A DNA stretch of 64,000 bases from an uncultured Verrucomicrobiota bacterium (GCA_964458325.1 CAYWIM010000001.1:76962-140961); one strand, 5' to 3'; positions 1 through 11,987 are shown, numbered from the stretch's first letter. Numbers and translations are program-made. The notes: generated from the letters alone by a model not told the origin.

Positions 1-2
1 TG

Positions 3-1187
3 GTGTTTGTGGCGGACGGGCCCGCGGGCTTGCAGGTGATCAGCGTGAGCAATCCCGCCAGCCCGGTTCGCCTGGGCGGCATCGACACGCCGGGAAAGGC
101 CCACTCCGTGCAGGTTGCCGCAGGGCTGGCCTACGTGGCTGATGGCGCCAACGGCATTCAAATCATCCGTGTGGACAATCCCGCGGCTCCGCAATGGGTG
201 GGCGGCATCGATACGCCGGGCGAGGCGCGCCATGTGGCGGTCACGGGCGATCTGGCCTATGTGGCGGACGCCGTATGGGGCGTGCAGGTCATCGACGTGA
301 GCGATCCGGGGGCGCCCCGGAACGTGGGGGCCTATCTCAGCACGGGGACGGCTAATTATTGCGCGGTTCGCGGGGGGACCTGCTATCTGGCCGACGGCCT
401 GGGCGGCTTGTTGGTTTTGGGTCTGGCCGCGCCGGCCGCGCCGGTCAAGATCGGCGGCTTCAACACGATCGGGTACAGCACGGGCGTGGCAATCGCGGAG
501 CCCTATTCCCTGCTGGCGGACGGCCTGGGCGGTCTGGTGATCGTGGATGTGCGCAACGAGGAGAGCCCCGCAATCGTTGGAAATTACGACACGGCGGGCA
601 CGGTGCTGGGGGTGGATATCGCCGGCAGCCGGGCGGCGATCGCCGACGGGGCCTGCGGGCTGCGGATTGTGGATTTGGCTTGGTCAGCTCTGCCGCTCAT
701 ATCCGTCCAGCCTGCACCGAGCTCGGCCGGAACCTTTGGCGGCTCGCTCGAGCTGGCGGTGTCCGCCCACTCCGAGTCGCCCGTGTTTTATCAATGGCGG
801 AAAGAGGGTCAGGATCTGCCGGGCCAGACCAATGCATCGATCCGATTCGATTTCCTCGAGCGGGCCGACGGCGGAGATTATCAAGTGGTGGTGGGAAACG
901 CGGCAGGCTCGGTGACCAGCAGCAATGCCGTTGTCGAGGTCGCGGTGCCTCTTCAGCTCGCGAGGCCGGAACGGAAGGGGATCGCCTTCTCGAGCCGGTT
1001 CAGCTACATGGACGGCTATCCGATCCAAGCCTCGGACCTGGCCCGATTCAAGGTGCAGGTGAGCACGAACCTGGTCCAGTGGTCGGACACGGCGATCAAG
1101 CCAGGTGTTCTCGGCTCGGAGGGAAGCTTTCTGGATCTCATCGCGTCATCCCCATTGCGCCGGTACTATCGAGTCGTCGAGCAGTAG
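3..1187 (+). CDS. LVIVD-repeat (beta-propeller) surface protein with C-terminal Ig-like domain; N-terminus lies upstream of the window
   Basis: The ORF is open to position 3. It has repeated units such as GLQVISVSNPASPVRLGG, GIQIIRVDNPAAPQWVGG, GVQVIDVSDPGAPRNVG, GLVIVDVRNEESPAIVG and GLRIVDLA, which match the LVIVD repeat pattern. These are followed by YQWRKEGQDLPGQTNASIRFDF..ADGGDYQVVVGNAAGSVTSS, an I-set Ig-like pattern. Confidence 0.75.
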   Translation: MFVADGPAGLQVISVSNPASPVRLGGIDTPGKAHSVQVAAGLAYVADGANGIQIIRVDNPAAPQWVGGIDTPGEARHVAVTGDLAYVADAVWGVQVIDVSDPGAPRNVGAYLSTGTANYCAVRGGTCYLADGLGGLLVLGLAAPAAPVKIGGFNTIGYSTGVAIAEPYSLLADGLGGLVIVDVRNEESPAIVGNYDTAGTVLGVDIAGSRAAIADGACGLRIVDLAWSALPLISVQPAPSSAGTFGGSLELAVSAHSESPVFYQWRKEGQDLPGQTNASIRFDFLERADGGDYQVVVGNAAGSVTSSNAVVEVAVPLQLARPERKGIAFSSRFSYMDGYPIQASDLARFKVQVSTNLVQWSDTAIKPGVLGSEGSFLDLIASSPLRRYYRVVEQ

Positions 1188-1218
1188 AAGGCGGCGGCGG
1201 GATGGCCAGCGCCCGTCC

Positions 1219-2481
1219 TCAAGCCAGATAAGGGATGGTCAAAGGGCCTTGGGGAAGGACGGCGACGCGAGCGCCGGGTCCAAGGCCGTCGAGGCGGCGG
1301 GCGACTTCGGCGCCGATATCGTGGCAGGGCGTCAGAAACGCGCCGCGCACGACCTCGTCGGGGAGCGAGCTGTAGACGAGCACGTTGGCCTTGCGCTGGA
1401 TGAGGGCCTGGATCTGGGCCTGCCACTGTTCGGGCCGAACGAAGCCGGGCGTGCTCAGGAGGGTGAGGATCTGCTCGGGGCATCGGGCGCTCCGAAGGAG
1501 CTGGTCCAGCGGGCTGCCGGAAGGCACTCCCTCGCGGCACTCGGCGGCCAGGATCAGGGTCCCGCCGGGCTGGATGATGCGCGCGCCGGCGCTCATGCCT
1601 TTGACGCTCTGATAGAGATTGAGATCGAGCGGGTAGCCGCTATTGGTGGTGACGACCACCTCGAAAGGCGAATCGACTTTCTGCATGGCGGAGCGGCGCA
1701 CGAACTCGATACCCGTCCGGTGAGCCTCGATCAGGTCGCCGGCGAAGACGCCGGTGATCTCCCGCTGGGGATTGAGGGCGACGTTCAGCAGGAAGCTCGG
1801 CCCGGGCCGCAGGGCGATGTCGCGCATCTCCTCCCAGATCGGGTTGCCGGCGGTAATGCCGAACGCGGATTGAGGATGGCCGATGTTGGCGGCGCCGTGG
1901 TTGCTCATGATGGTGGCCAAGCCGGCCACGCCGGGCATGATGCCCTTGGGCCCGCCGCTGAATCCGGCGAAAAAGTGAGGTTCGATAAACCCGGTGACAA
2001 TCCGGACTGCCGCTTGGGCGAGGTGGCGGTTGAGCAGGGCGGGGGCGCCGGTGCGGGTGGTCCCCAGAGCGACCATGGATTCGGTCTGGTCGCATTCGTG
2101 GTTGATGACGCGATAATCGCGGACGACGGCGGGGGTGAGGATTTTCTCGAGCTCTTCCCGGGTATTGGGGCGGTGGGTGCCGGTGCCGTTGAGCAAGGTG
2201 ATGTGGTCGCGGGGAACGGCGGAGAGGTACTCGAGCAGCCACGGGATCAGCCGGGCGTTGGGCGTGGCGCGCGTGATGTCGGTGAACACGATGCAGACGC
2301 GGTTGCCGGGGCGGATCCAGTCGCGAAGGGGAGGCGCCGCGATGGGGTGGTCCAGGGCATCGAACACGGCGGCGCGTTCGTCGGAAAGCCCGGGCAGATG
2401 GGTAGGCTCGATGACCGTGGTGCGGTCCTCCGGGAACTCGATGGCCAGTTGGGTTTCGCCGTAGGCAAGGTTGATTTTCAT
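1219..2481 (-). CDS. larA: Lactate racemase family protein (LarA / DUF2088-like)
   Basis: I chose the ATG at 2481 (MKINLAYGE...) inside the longer ORF 1219..3213, giving 420 aa. Family-typical blocks are NGTGTHRPNT, GFIEPHFFAGFSGGPKGIMPG and NSGYPLDLNLYQSVKGM. The start overlaps the upstream stop (ATGA at 2478-2481). Confidence 0.8.
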   Translation of the reverse strand: MKINLAYGETQLAIEFPEDRTTVIEPTHLPGLSDERAAVFDALDHPIAAPPLRDWIRPGNRVCIVFTDITRATPNARLIPWLLEYLSAVPRDHITLLNGTGTHRPNTREELEKILTPAVVRDYRVINHECDQTESMVALGTTRTGAPALLNRHLAQAAVRIVTGFIEPHFFAGFSGGPKGIMPGVAGLATIMSNHGAANIGHPQSAFGITAGNPIWEEMRDIALRPGPSFLLNVALNPQREITGVFAGDLIEAHRTGIEFVRRSAMQKVDSPFEVVVTTNSGYPLDLNLYQSVKGMSAGARIIQPGGTLILAAECREGVPSGSPLDQLLRSARCPEQILTLLSTPGFVRPEQWQAQIQALIQRKANVLVYSSLPDEVVRGAFLTPCHDIGAEVARRLDGLGPGARVAVLPQGPLTIPYLA

Positions 2482-3770
2482 GAGCGGGTAGATGATCGGC
2501 TGGTGGGGGGAAGGTCGCGCCGGGCGGCGAGCCGGAACTTGCCGGAGGGTTCGCCGAGGACGGCCTCGACGGGTTCGATTTCGAGCTGGCGGGGATTTTC
2601 GAGGAGGGCTGAAAGGCGGTCGCGCAGGGAGTGCTCGGTGGCGGGGATGTCGGCGCGGTCGTCCGGGATCCAGCGCAAGTGGAAGCGATCGGGGCCAAGC
2701 TGATTGAGCTGGTAGTGGATGACACCATCGGCGAGGGAGACCTGGGCATCGATATGGGCGACGGTGATGCGCCGGCCTGCGGCGGTGGCCAGCGCATCGC
2801 GCGCACGGCCATAGAGCCGGTACGATTCGCCCCCGATGTCCGATCGGCACGAAACCAGGTCCCCGATGCTGTAACGGAGGAGGGGCATGTAAGGATTCCA
2901 CAGCGTGGTGACCACCAAGTCGCCAATCCCGTCGGGATCGGGATCGAGAATTTCGAGCCAAGCGGTCGAGGGGCTGGGCCGGAGCGCGCCCTGTTCGTCT
3001 TCCATCAGCAGGTGGCCGGTCTCGGTGGCTCCGTAGAGGTTGTAGACTGGGATTTCGAAGGCCGACGCGAGGAATCGGCGGTGGCAGAGGCTGAGGAAAC
3101 CGTAGCTGCTGACGACGAACCGCAGGCTGGGCAGGCGGACGCCGCGGCGGCGGCAGTGGCGGGCGAACGCGAGGCCGTAGACGGGATCGCAATCGAGGAA
3201 GATCGGCTTCCAATCGCGGGCCTCCTCGATCATGGCGTCGAGCCTGGCGGTGGTCCAGAGGAAGGGATGGCGGTTGAGGTTGAGGAACAGCGCATCGCCG
3301 ACAACGCGATCCGCGGCGGTAGGCGTGCCCTGGTAGGAGATGTCATGGTTGCAGAGCGGCGAGGTGAGCGTGATTCGCCGGATCGAGTGGGTCCACTGGG
3401 CGCGCACATCCGCATTGAGGTGGAGGGCGGCGGCTTCCTGGCGCGCCCAGCCGCCGCGTTCGAGCAGGAGTGGGACGGCCTCGTCCGAAGTGCCGGATGT
3501 GCTCTCGAGCTCGACCAGGCCGCGATCGAGCAGATCATCGAGCCGGACGCCGGCTGGCAAGAAGTTGCCGGGGAATCCCTGGCGAATATCTTCCTTGGTG
3601 ATCGGAGGCAGGAGATGGAAGTCGCGGATCCAATCCGCGCTCGGGCCGGGCGGCATGGATGGCATCGGGCGCTGCCGATACAGGGGGACTTCCTGCAGCC
3701 AGCGGGACACGCGATCGGCGGCGGGCGACAGGGCGTTCGGGGCGGGCCCCGCTGAGGCGGAAGGGCTCAC
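2478..3770 (-). CDS. Adenylate-forming enzyme of the phenylacetate-CoA ligase (PaaK) / F390 synthetase family
   Basis: The GTG start at 3770 overlaps the DUF5069 gene stop. The N-terminal pattern VPLYRQR...LPPITKEDIRQ, the P-loop-like STSGTSDEAVP and YGATETGH are typical of the family. Confidence 0.7.
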   Translation of the reverse strand: MSPSASAGPAPNALSPAADRVSRWLQEVPLYRQRPMPSMPPGPSADWIRDFHLLPPITKEDIRQGFPGNFLPAGVRLDDLLDRGLVELESTSGTSDEAVPLLLERGGWARQEAAALHLNADVRAQWTHSIRRITLTSPLCNHDISYQGTPTAADRVVGDALFLNLNRHPFLWTTARLDAMIEEARDWKPIFLDCDPVYGLAFARHCRRRGVRLPSLRFVVSSYGFLSLCHRRFLASAFEIPVYNLYGATETGHLLMEDEQGALRPSPSTAWLEILDPDPDGIGDLVVTTLWNPYMPLLRYSIGDLVSCRSDIGGESYRLYGRARDALATAAGRRITVAHIDAQVSLADGVIHYQLNQLGPDRFHLRWIPDDRADIPATEHSLRDRLSALLENPRQLEIEPVEAVLGEPSGKFRLAARRDLPPTSRSSTRS

Positions 3771-4216
3771 GCAATGCCGCCAAAGGAAACGAAATCGTCC
3801 AGGTCGAGAAGATCGAACCAGGTCGAGAGATCCTCGCGGTGAGGGGCAATCCGCTGATGCTCCTCCTGGTAGAACTGGCGCATCTCGAGGGCCGTGGGGG
3901 TGCGCGTCTCCTGGAAGGCCGACCAGGCGGCGATCTGGGCGGGCTCGGGGTGGCTGCTCGAGTGGGCCTGGATCCAGGCGAGGATCTGGCCGTCGCCGAG
4001 GCCGAGCTCGATCTGCTGCCGGAGGGCGTCGGGATCGATCCCCGCGAAGCCAAAGAACTGACGGTCGGTGGGGCAGTCGTAGTTGTATTCGCCGTTGAGG
4101 CCGGCGAGGGTGGCGCGGCCCTTGTCAAGGACCCGCGGCAGGATCACATAACCGCCGAGGCGGACCCGGGGGCTGCGGGGCGGATGCTGGGTGAGATCGG
4201 GCGCATGGAATTTCAT
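3767..4216 (-). CDS. DUF5069 domain protein
   Basis: 149 aa with ATG at 4216. The pattern PRSPRVRLGGYVILPRVLDKGRA...GEYNYDCPTDRQFF matches my memory of the DUF5069 family. Confidence 0.65.
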   Translation of the reverse strand: MKFHAPDLTQHPPRSPRVRLGGYVILPRVLDKGRATLAGLNGEYNYDCPTDRQFFGFAGIDPDALRQQIELGLGDGQILAWIQAHSSSHPEPAQIAAWSAFQETRTPTALEMRQFYQEEHQRIAPHREDLSTWFDLLDLDDFVSFGGIA

Positions 4217-4276
4217 AGGATATCGGCGCTTAGGGTCTGTGCAAAAACGAACTCCGATCGATCGTGCCGGATCAGG

Positions 4277-5200
4277 TTACGGCTGGAGCCGCAGCACGGC
4301 GCCCACCGGGTAATGATCGGAAGGCAACCGGCCGCCGTCGTTGGTATAATCGATGAACGCGTTCAGGGTGATCCATCCGGGGGTGTGGACGATCCAATCG
4401 ATGCGCTTGCCGGCGCGGGCGTGCGCCCACCCATTGAACGTGACTTCATCGGGAAACCGCTGCGGGTGGATGACACGGTAGGTATCGAATGCGCGCTCCC
4501 CGCCGAACTCCTGGCCGCCGACCAGGATCGCGTAGGGATTGTCGTCTTCGGTGCAGTTGAAGTCGCCGGTGAGGATGGCGGGCATCTGGCCCAGGAGGGC
4601 GCCAGCCTGCTGGCGGATGAGGCGGGCGGATTCGATGCGCGCCTGGGGGCCGCGGTGGTCGAAGTGCGTGTTGGCGAAAACGAACGGGCGATAACTCGCG
4701 AGGCGGTCCTCGACGAGCACCCAGCTGACCATCCGCGGCAACTGGGCGTCCCAGCCCCGGCTGCCGGGCGTTTCCGGGGTGGTGCTGAGCCAGAAATGGC
4801 CGCTGTCGGTCATCGCGAACCGCCGGGTGCGGAAGAACACGGGGACGTACTCGCCGCGCTGCTGGCCATCATCGCGGCCCGCGCCGTGGAAGCTCATATG
4901 GGGAAGATTCTCGCGCAGAAAATCGACCTGGAAACCGACGGCCTCCTGGAGGCCCAGGAGGTCGGGATCGAACAGCCGGATGGTTTCCAGGACGAGATGG
5001 CGGCGGGCCGGCCAGCTGTTGGTGCCGTCCTGAGCCGATCCATAACGGATGTTGAAGCTCATCACCTTGAGGGGCGGTGTGGAAAGAGCGGAATCGGCGG
5101 CGATCAGAGCCGGGTTGAATCCGACGCAAAGCAAACCGATCCAAAGCGCGGCGGCCATCCCCGCCTGCGGCCGACTGGCAATCAAAGGGTGCAAATTCAT
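4277..5200 (-). CDS. Secreted endonuclease/exonuclease/phosphatase (EEP) family protein
   Basis: The internal ATG at 5200 (MNLHPLIAS...) is followed by a signal/TM-like segment AALWIGLLCVGF. EEP blocks are VMSFNIRYG, LLGLQEA, ANTHFDH, LTGDFN and SDHYPV. Confidence 0.8.
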   Translation of the reverse strand: MNLHPLIASRPQAGMAAALWIGLLCVGFNPALIAADSALSTPPLKVMSFNIRYGSAQDGTNSWPARRHLVLETIRLFDPDLLGLQEAVGFQVDFLRENLPHMSFHGAGRDDGQQRGEYVPVFFRTRRFAMTDSGHFWLSTTPETPGSRGWDAQLPRMVSWVLVEDRLASYRPFVFANTHFDHRGPQARIESARLIRQQAGALLGQMPAILTGDFNCTEDDNPYAILVGGQEFGGERAFDTYRVIHPQRFPDEVTFNGWAHARAGKRIDWIVHTPGWITLNAFIDYTNDGGRLPSDHYPVGAVLRLQP

Positions 5201-5268
5201 GTCGTTATTTGTAGTCCATTCGCAGCGGCGGCGCAATCCCGTCGTCGACGCGGCCGCGGGCCCGCAAT

Positions 5269-6280
5269 TCAAGGCCATTGGAGCTGAAAGAAGGACGGGG
5301 AAGGGCTGGTTCGCGGCCAGGAGATCGACCACAGGCCATTGGAAAGGACGGGAGCGTCGACCGGCTGGCTGGTGAGGGTTACGGCGGCGCCGGGAGGCAG
5401 GGCGAGGTCCTGATTGCTTGCGAGATGGATCCAGTCGGCCAGAGGACGCAATGGTGGCGGGTAAGCGGGAGGCGGCTCGCCGGGCTGCAAGGGGGCGAAC
5501 CAGATGGCCAGCGTGGCGTGCGTCGTCTGAGTGAGCTGGAGCGCGAGCTTGTGGTAATTGGTGTTGAGGTTTTGGCCGGATGGATTGGGCGAGGCGGGCA
5601 GAGGGCGCGCGTCGCGCCGCTCGAAGCGTCCATTGCCGGTGAGGAGACGAATCCAGAGCCGGTCACTGCCCTGGGTGAGCAGGGCGGCCTGCCCGTCGGG
5701 GTCGATATCGAGCCGGGTTGAAGCGTTCAGGTGCATGAACCAAAAGACCGTGGCGGGCGATGGCAGCTGGATTTCGTCCTGGAGCAGGACATGGCGCCGG
5801 CGTGGCCTCCTTTGAAATGGAGAAGCTCGACCGAGTATTTCCGGCCGGCGGCCAGTGCGATGGGCGCCGATACCTGGGCAGGGTAGCGTTGGTACTCGCG
5901 CCAGCCTGTCGGGAGGGGGACCTCGGCAATGCGGACAAGGTTGGCGCCCTCGCTGTCGGGATTCAGGCGCAGCTCGGCTTGGTCATCGGCTGCGACAGCG
6001 AACCGGTAGACTCCGGTGACGCGCGGGATCAAAAAGCCCACAGCATGATCTTGACCGGGATGCCCGCTTCGAGGGCGATGGCGCCGGCGATTTCCGCGGC
6101 GGGCGCCACGGGGACCATGCGGGCCGCCAGGAGACGGTCGTTGACCCACAGCCGGACACCATCGTCGGCGAGGATGTGAAACGTATAGCGCTGCGATTCG
6201 GGGGGTGTCAGGCTGCCGGTCCACCGGACGGCGAATGGCTGGGTGAAGCGGCGATCCCGAGCCGGATGGCGGGCTACCAC
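5269..6280 (-). pseudogene. Frameshifted, N-terminally truncated PA14-PA14 domain gene remnant
   Basis: Three consecutive minus-strand ORFs lie in three frames (6280-6029, about 6050-5727, 5736-5269). They read as PA14-like module 1 (FAVRWTGSLTPPESQRYTFHILADDGVRLWVNDRLL...LEAGIPVKIMLW), module 2 (FLIPRVTGVYRFAVAADDQAELRLN...LAAGRKYSVELLHFKGGHAG) and a C-terminal beta-rich segment. Adding one base to the A5 run at 6031-6035 joins frames 1 and 2 (..IMLWAFLIPRVTGVY..). No signal peptide is present. Confidence 0.55.
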
Positions 6281-7269
6281 GGGAGGCGAGGGGTGGAGCG
6301 GTTGGTGCCGGACTGCGGGCCGGGGGGGGGGAAGAGGAGGGCCTTTTCCTGGCTCTGATGGCTGTCGAGGAGCTGGGCGGCCTGCTGGGGTGACATCTGG
6401 TCCTCACCCGCGCTGGGCTGGTTCGTCATGGACGCGCTGAGGGCCGAGGGGGGCTGGTTGGTGGGGCCGGCGGGTGCGTTGGTCGAGCCCGCCTCTTGGG
6501 ATTCGGGCTGTGGCTCGGGCTGTGGAGGAGGCTGATTGGTGGGGCCGTTTTGCGGCTGGGGCTGGGAGGATTGGCTGGGGGGCTGGTTGGTCTGGGTGGA
6601 CTTCTCTGATTTCGAGTTTTGGTTGGTGGATGAGCTCGAGTTCTGCTGGTCTTGGGAGGGTGAGTTCGAATCCTGCTCCTGGTTCTGATCGGAATCGGGC
6701 TGATCGGACTGCTGTTGCTGCTCCTGTTGTTTCTTCAGCTCCTCCAACTGGCTGCGAACGAGCTCCCGGTTGAATCGGGCGTCTTCGTCGCGGGTATCGA
6801 GCTTGAGGGCGCTATCGAAGTGGCGCAGGGATTGTTCCCAGGATTGCTGGCGCTGCTGGGTGTTTTGGGTGTCGTCGCCGATACGGTAGAGCGTGCTGCC
6901 GAGGTTGTAGTAGGCCTTTTCCTGGAGGTCGAGGTCGGGAGAGGCGAGGGCGTCATTGAGATATTTGCGGGCGGTTTCGTACTGGCCGGCCTTGTAGGCG
7001 GCGGTGCCGGCGTTGTACAGGAGCCGGGAATCGCCGGGGCGCTCGCCGAGGAGGCGTTCGTATTCGCGCAAGGCGAGGTCGTATTGGCGGGATTGGAAGA
7101 ACTGTTCGGCTTGCCGCGTCGAGGCGGAGAGGGGGATTGGGAAGAGGCAGGCGGCGAGGAGGATCGAGGAGAGGATGCGGCTTGTGAAAGAAGAAGCCGA
7201 TCGAGCCCGCGGCCATGGTGCGGAGGGCAGGTTGGATCGACTGGACGGAGCGGGGAGGGGGGCGGCCAT
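6274..7269 (-). CDS. TPR-repeat protein with Q/S/P-rich low-complexity tail (BatC-like)
   Basis: ATG at 7269, with the signal-like segment ILSSILLAACLFPIPLSA. TPR-like blocks are FFQSRQYDLALREYERLL, LLYNAGTAAYKAGQYETARKYL and AYYNLGSTLY. It sits downstream of batA/batB as in Bat operons. Confidence 0.65.
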   Translation of the reverse strand: MAAPLPAPSSRSNLPSAPWPRARSASSFTSRILSSILLAACLFPIPLSASTRQAEQFFQSRQYDLALREYERLLGERPGDSRLLYNAGTAAYKAGQYETARKYLNDALASPDLDLQEKAYYNLGSTLYRIGDDTQNTQQRQQSWEQSLRHFDSALKLDTRDEDARFNRELVRSQLEELKKQQEQQQQSDQPDSDQNQEQDSNSPSQDQQNSSSSTNQNSKSEKSTQTNQPPSQSSQPQPQNGPTNQPPPQPEPQPESQEAGSTNAPAGPTNQPPSALSASMTNQPSAGEDQMSPQQAAQLLDSHQSQEKALLFPPPGPQSGTNRSTPRLPW

Positions 7270-7281
7270 GGGGAAATGGGA

Positions 7282-8372
7282 TTAAAGGCTGGGATTGGCG
7301 GAGGTGTGGCTGGAGATTGCCGAGGGGGCCAGCTCGGGCGATGAGGATGCGGGTCGGCGGTCGGGGAGAAGAAACTCGATTGTCAGAAAGACAACAGCGA
7401 GAGCCAAGGGCCACTGGAACTGCTCGCGGGGGCGCTGGACAAGGCGGGCGCCGGATTCGGCCGCGGAGGGCTGGAGCTGCCGGGCCGAGGGGGGCAGGAG
7501 GGGGGCAAGCCCGCGACGGTAAAGGTTTTCCATGGTGTCGGCGCCGCGGAGGGAGAGGTAGAATCCCTGGCCGGCTTGGCCGATTTCCTGCAGGAGCTGT
7601 TCATTGAGACGCGACTTGACGACGTTGCCGGCGGGATCTTTGAGGAATGCGGCATGGCCGGATGAATCGGGGATGCGGAGCATGTCTCCTTCGGGGGTGC
7701 CGACACCGACGGTGAAGATGCGGATGCCGTCACGGGCAGCCGCCCGTGCGGCTTCGACGGCCTGCTGGTCGTGGTCTTCGCCATCGGTGACGAGGATGAC
7801 GATTTTCTCGTTGTCGGAATCGGGGGGGAAGCTGGCGGCGGCGGTCTGGATGGCGGCGGCGAGGCTGGTGCTGGTCTGGTCGAGGGCGCCGACCTCGACG
7901 AGGCGGACGTTTTGCCGGAAGGCCTCGTCGTCGATGGTCAGGGGGCACTGGAGAAAGGCGGTTTCGGCGAACACGACCAAGCCGAGCCGGTCGGTCGAGG
8001 CCAGGGGGATGAGATCGAGCAGGGCGAGCCGGGCGCGCTCGATGCGGCTGGGGGTGACATCCTGGGCGAGCATGCTGCGGGAGGTGTCGACAGCCAGGAG
8101 GATATCGAGGCCGCGCAGGTGGACTTCATCGAGAGTGTGGCCCCATCGGGGGCGCGCGAGGGCGAGGAGGATGCAGGCGATCGCGAGGACCAGGAGGGCC
8201 AGGCGGATCTTCTGTCGCGGGATCGAGACGCCGACGGTGAGCTGGGCGAGGAGGCGGGAGCGGATGAACTGGGCGATATCGCGCTGCTTGCGGCGCCAGG
8301 CCCAGACGAGAAAGAGGCAGAGGGCCGGGAGGACGATCCAGAGCAAATGGAGCAGGCCAGGGGCGCCGAAGG

Positions 8373-8376
<4 letters not shown>
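7282..8376 (-). CDS. batB: VWA-domain membrane protein BatB-like
   Basis: The ATG at 8376 (MTFGAPGLLHLLWIV...) lies inside the spurious longer ORF 7282..9609 and makes an ATGA overlap with the batA stop. It has two N-terminal TM segments, the MIDAS motif DTSRSM, and VILVTDGED. Confidence 0.8.
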
Positions 8377-9364
<988 letters not shown>

Positions 9365-9368
<4 letters not shown>

Positions 9369-9931
9369 GCCGGGGCGGTGGCGGTGGTGGGGCCGGGGAC
9401 GGGCAGCGGGGCGGGGGTGGTTTCCTCGACCAGGCGGACGGCGGCGCGGTAGATCTCATCGAGCTCGAGGCGGCCCGGCTCGTAGCGGGCGAACTTGACG
9501 AGGTCGCAGCGCTGGAGGAAGTCGCCGAGGACGGACTGGTGATCGGCCTCGAGGGATGCGGAGCGGCGGAGCTCGAGGAGGAATTCCTCGGTGGTGCGTT
9601 CGGGGGCATGGAGACGGAACCGCTCTTCGAGGTAGGTCCGGATGGTGTCGCAAACGCGGACGGTGAAGAGGTGGGGCTGGTCGATGAGCGCGAGGGTGGC
9701 GCGGAGCTTTTCGAGGGCGCGCTCGTGGGGGGGGATGGGCGGCTCGGGAGGGGGAGGCGGCGGAGGGCGATGGGATCGGCGCCAGAGCCAGACCGCGAGG
9801 GCTGCGGTGGCCAGGAGGAGCAGGATGAGGATGAGCCAGACGGTCCACGGCAGAGGGAGCGCGACGGGGGGCTTGAGCGGGCGGAGGTCGGCCGGGAGTG
9901 GCGCGGCGGCGATGGCTGGGAGGAGGTTCAT
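9365..9931 (-). CDS. DUF4381-like membrane protein of the MoxR/Bat operon
   Basis: 188 aa with a single TM segment (WTVWLILILLLLATAALAVWLW), a Pro-rich stretch and then EFLLELRR...LQRCDLVKFARY. It occupies the conserved position between DUF58 and batA. Confidence 0.65.
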
Positions 9932-10881
9932 CGGCGTCGGCGTTTTTCGCGCACCTCGAAGAAGCGCCCGAGGGCGGCGGCGTAGGGCTGATCGGTGCGG
10001 AGCTGGATCGAGTCGATGCGGGCGCCGCGGAAGAGGCGGATGAGCTCATCCTGGTGGCGGGCCTGGCGGCGGGCGAAGGCCTCGCGCTTGCTGTCGTCGC
10101 GGGTGTCGACCTCGACGACTTCGCCCGTTTCGGCGTCGCGCAGGACGAGGCGCCCAAGGCGCGGCAGCTCCATCTCGAATCGGTCGACGATCTGGACGGC
10201 GACGACGTCGTGGCGGCGGTTGGCCTGGCGGAGGGCGGTGAGGGAGGTCTGGCCGAGCATCTCGGAGAGGACGACACGGCGGCGGAGGTGGGCATCGATC
10301 TCGGCTCGAGTGGGGAAGGTCTGGCCGAGGAAATCGGAGAGAACGACCGCGATCGCGCGGTGGGGCGTGACGCGGATGAGGAACTCGAGGGCGCGATTGA
10401 GGTCGGTGCCGCGATGGCCGGGCTCGTGGCAGAGGATCTCGCGGATGACGCGCAGGACGTGGCGCCGGCCCTTGCGGGGAGGGATGAACTTTTCGACCGT
10501 CTCGGTGAAGAGGATGAGGCCGACCTTATCGTTGTTCCGGATGGCCGAGAAAGCGAGGACGGAGGCGATCTCGGCGGCGAGCTCGCGCTTGGACTGGTCG
10601 CCGGAGCCGAAGAGGCCGGAGCCGCTGAGGTCGACCACGAGCAGGAGCGTGAGCTCGCGCTCCTCGACAAACTTTTTGACGAACGGATGGCTCATGCGGG
10701 CGGTGACGTTCCAGTCGATGGATCGGACCTCGTCGCCGGGCTGGTATTCGCGGACCTCGTCGAAGTTCATGCCCTGGCCTTTGAAGACGCTGTGGTACTG
10801 GCCGGCGAGGGACTCGGTGACGAGCCGGTTGGTGCGGAGCTCGATGAGGCGGATTTTGCGGAGGAGATCGCGGGGGATCAT
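9928..10881 (-). CDS. DUF58 domain protein
   Basis: Contains the family block GQGMNFDEVREYQPGDEVRSIDWNVTAR and lies immediately downstream of moxR. Confidence 0.85.
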   Translation of the reverse strand: MIPRDLLRKIRLIELRTNRLVTESLAGQYHSVFKGQGMNFDEVREYQPGDEVRSIDWNVTARMSHPFVKKFVEERELTLLLVVDLSGSGLFGSGDQSKRELAAEIASVLAFSAIRNNDKVGLILFTETVEKFIPPRKGRRHVLRVIREILCHEPGHRGTDLNRALEFLIRVTPHRAIAVVLSDFLGQTFPTRAEIDAHLRRRVVLSEMLGQTSLTALRQANRRHDVVAVQIVDRFEMELPRLGRLVLRDAETGEVVEVDTRDDSKREAFARRQARHQDELIRLFRGARIDSIQLRTDQPYAAALGRFFEVREKRRRR

Positions 10882-10893
10882 GGGCGGGGCGGC

Positions 10894-11883
<990 letters not shown>

Positions 11884-11987
11884 GCGCCGGGAGTATAGTG
11901 GATCGGGGCGGAAACGGGTAGAGGGAAGATGAAAAGTCCCTGATCCAACCGCGGAGCGTTTTCATTGCGGAGGAGGGGGCGGAGACG

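Noticed and set aside
1105-2703. 532-aa plus-strand ORF antisense to the larA-like gene
   Set aside because: Its composition is dominated by G/A/D/E/R and it has no recognisable motif. It lies fully opposite a gene with clear family blocks. This is the typical stop-free antisense frame of high-G+C DNA.
6664-6673. GTTCGAATCC, a tRNA T-loop-like string
   Set aside because: The flanks do not form a T-stem or any cloverleaf, and the string lies inside the coding low-complexity tail of the batC-like gene.
6400-6720. Apparent DNA repetitiveness (CAG/CCN-rich) in the batC-like gene
   Set aside because: It reflects a Q/P/S/N-rich low-complexity protein tail, not a discrete tandem repeat or mobile element.
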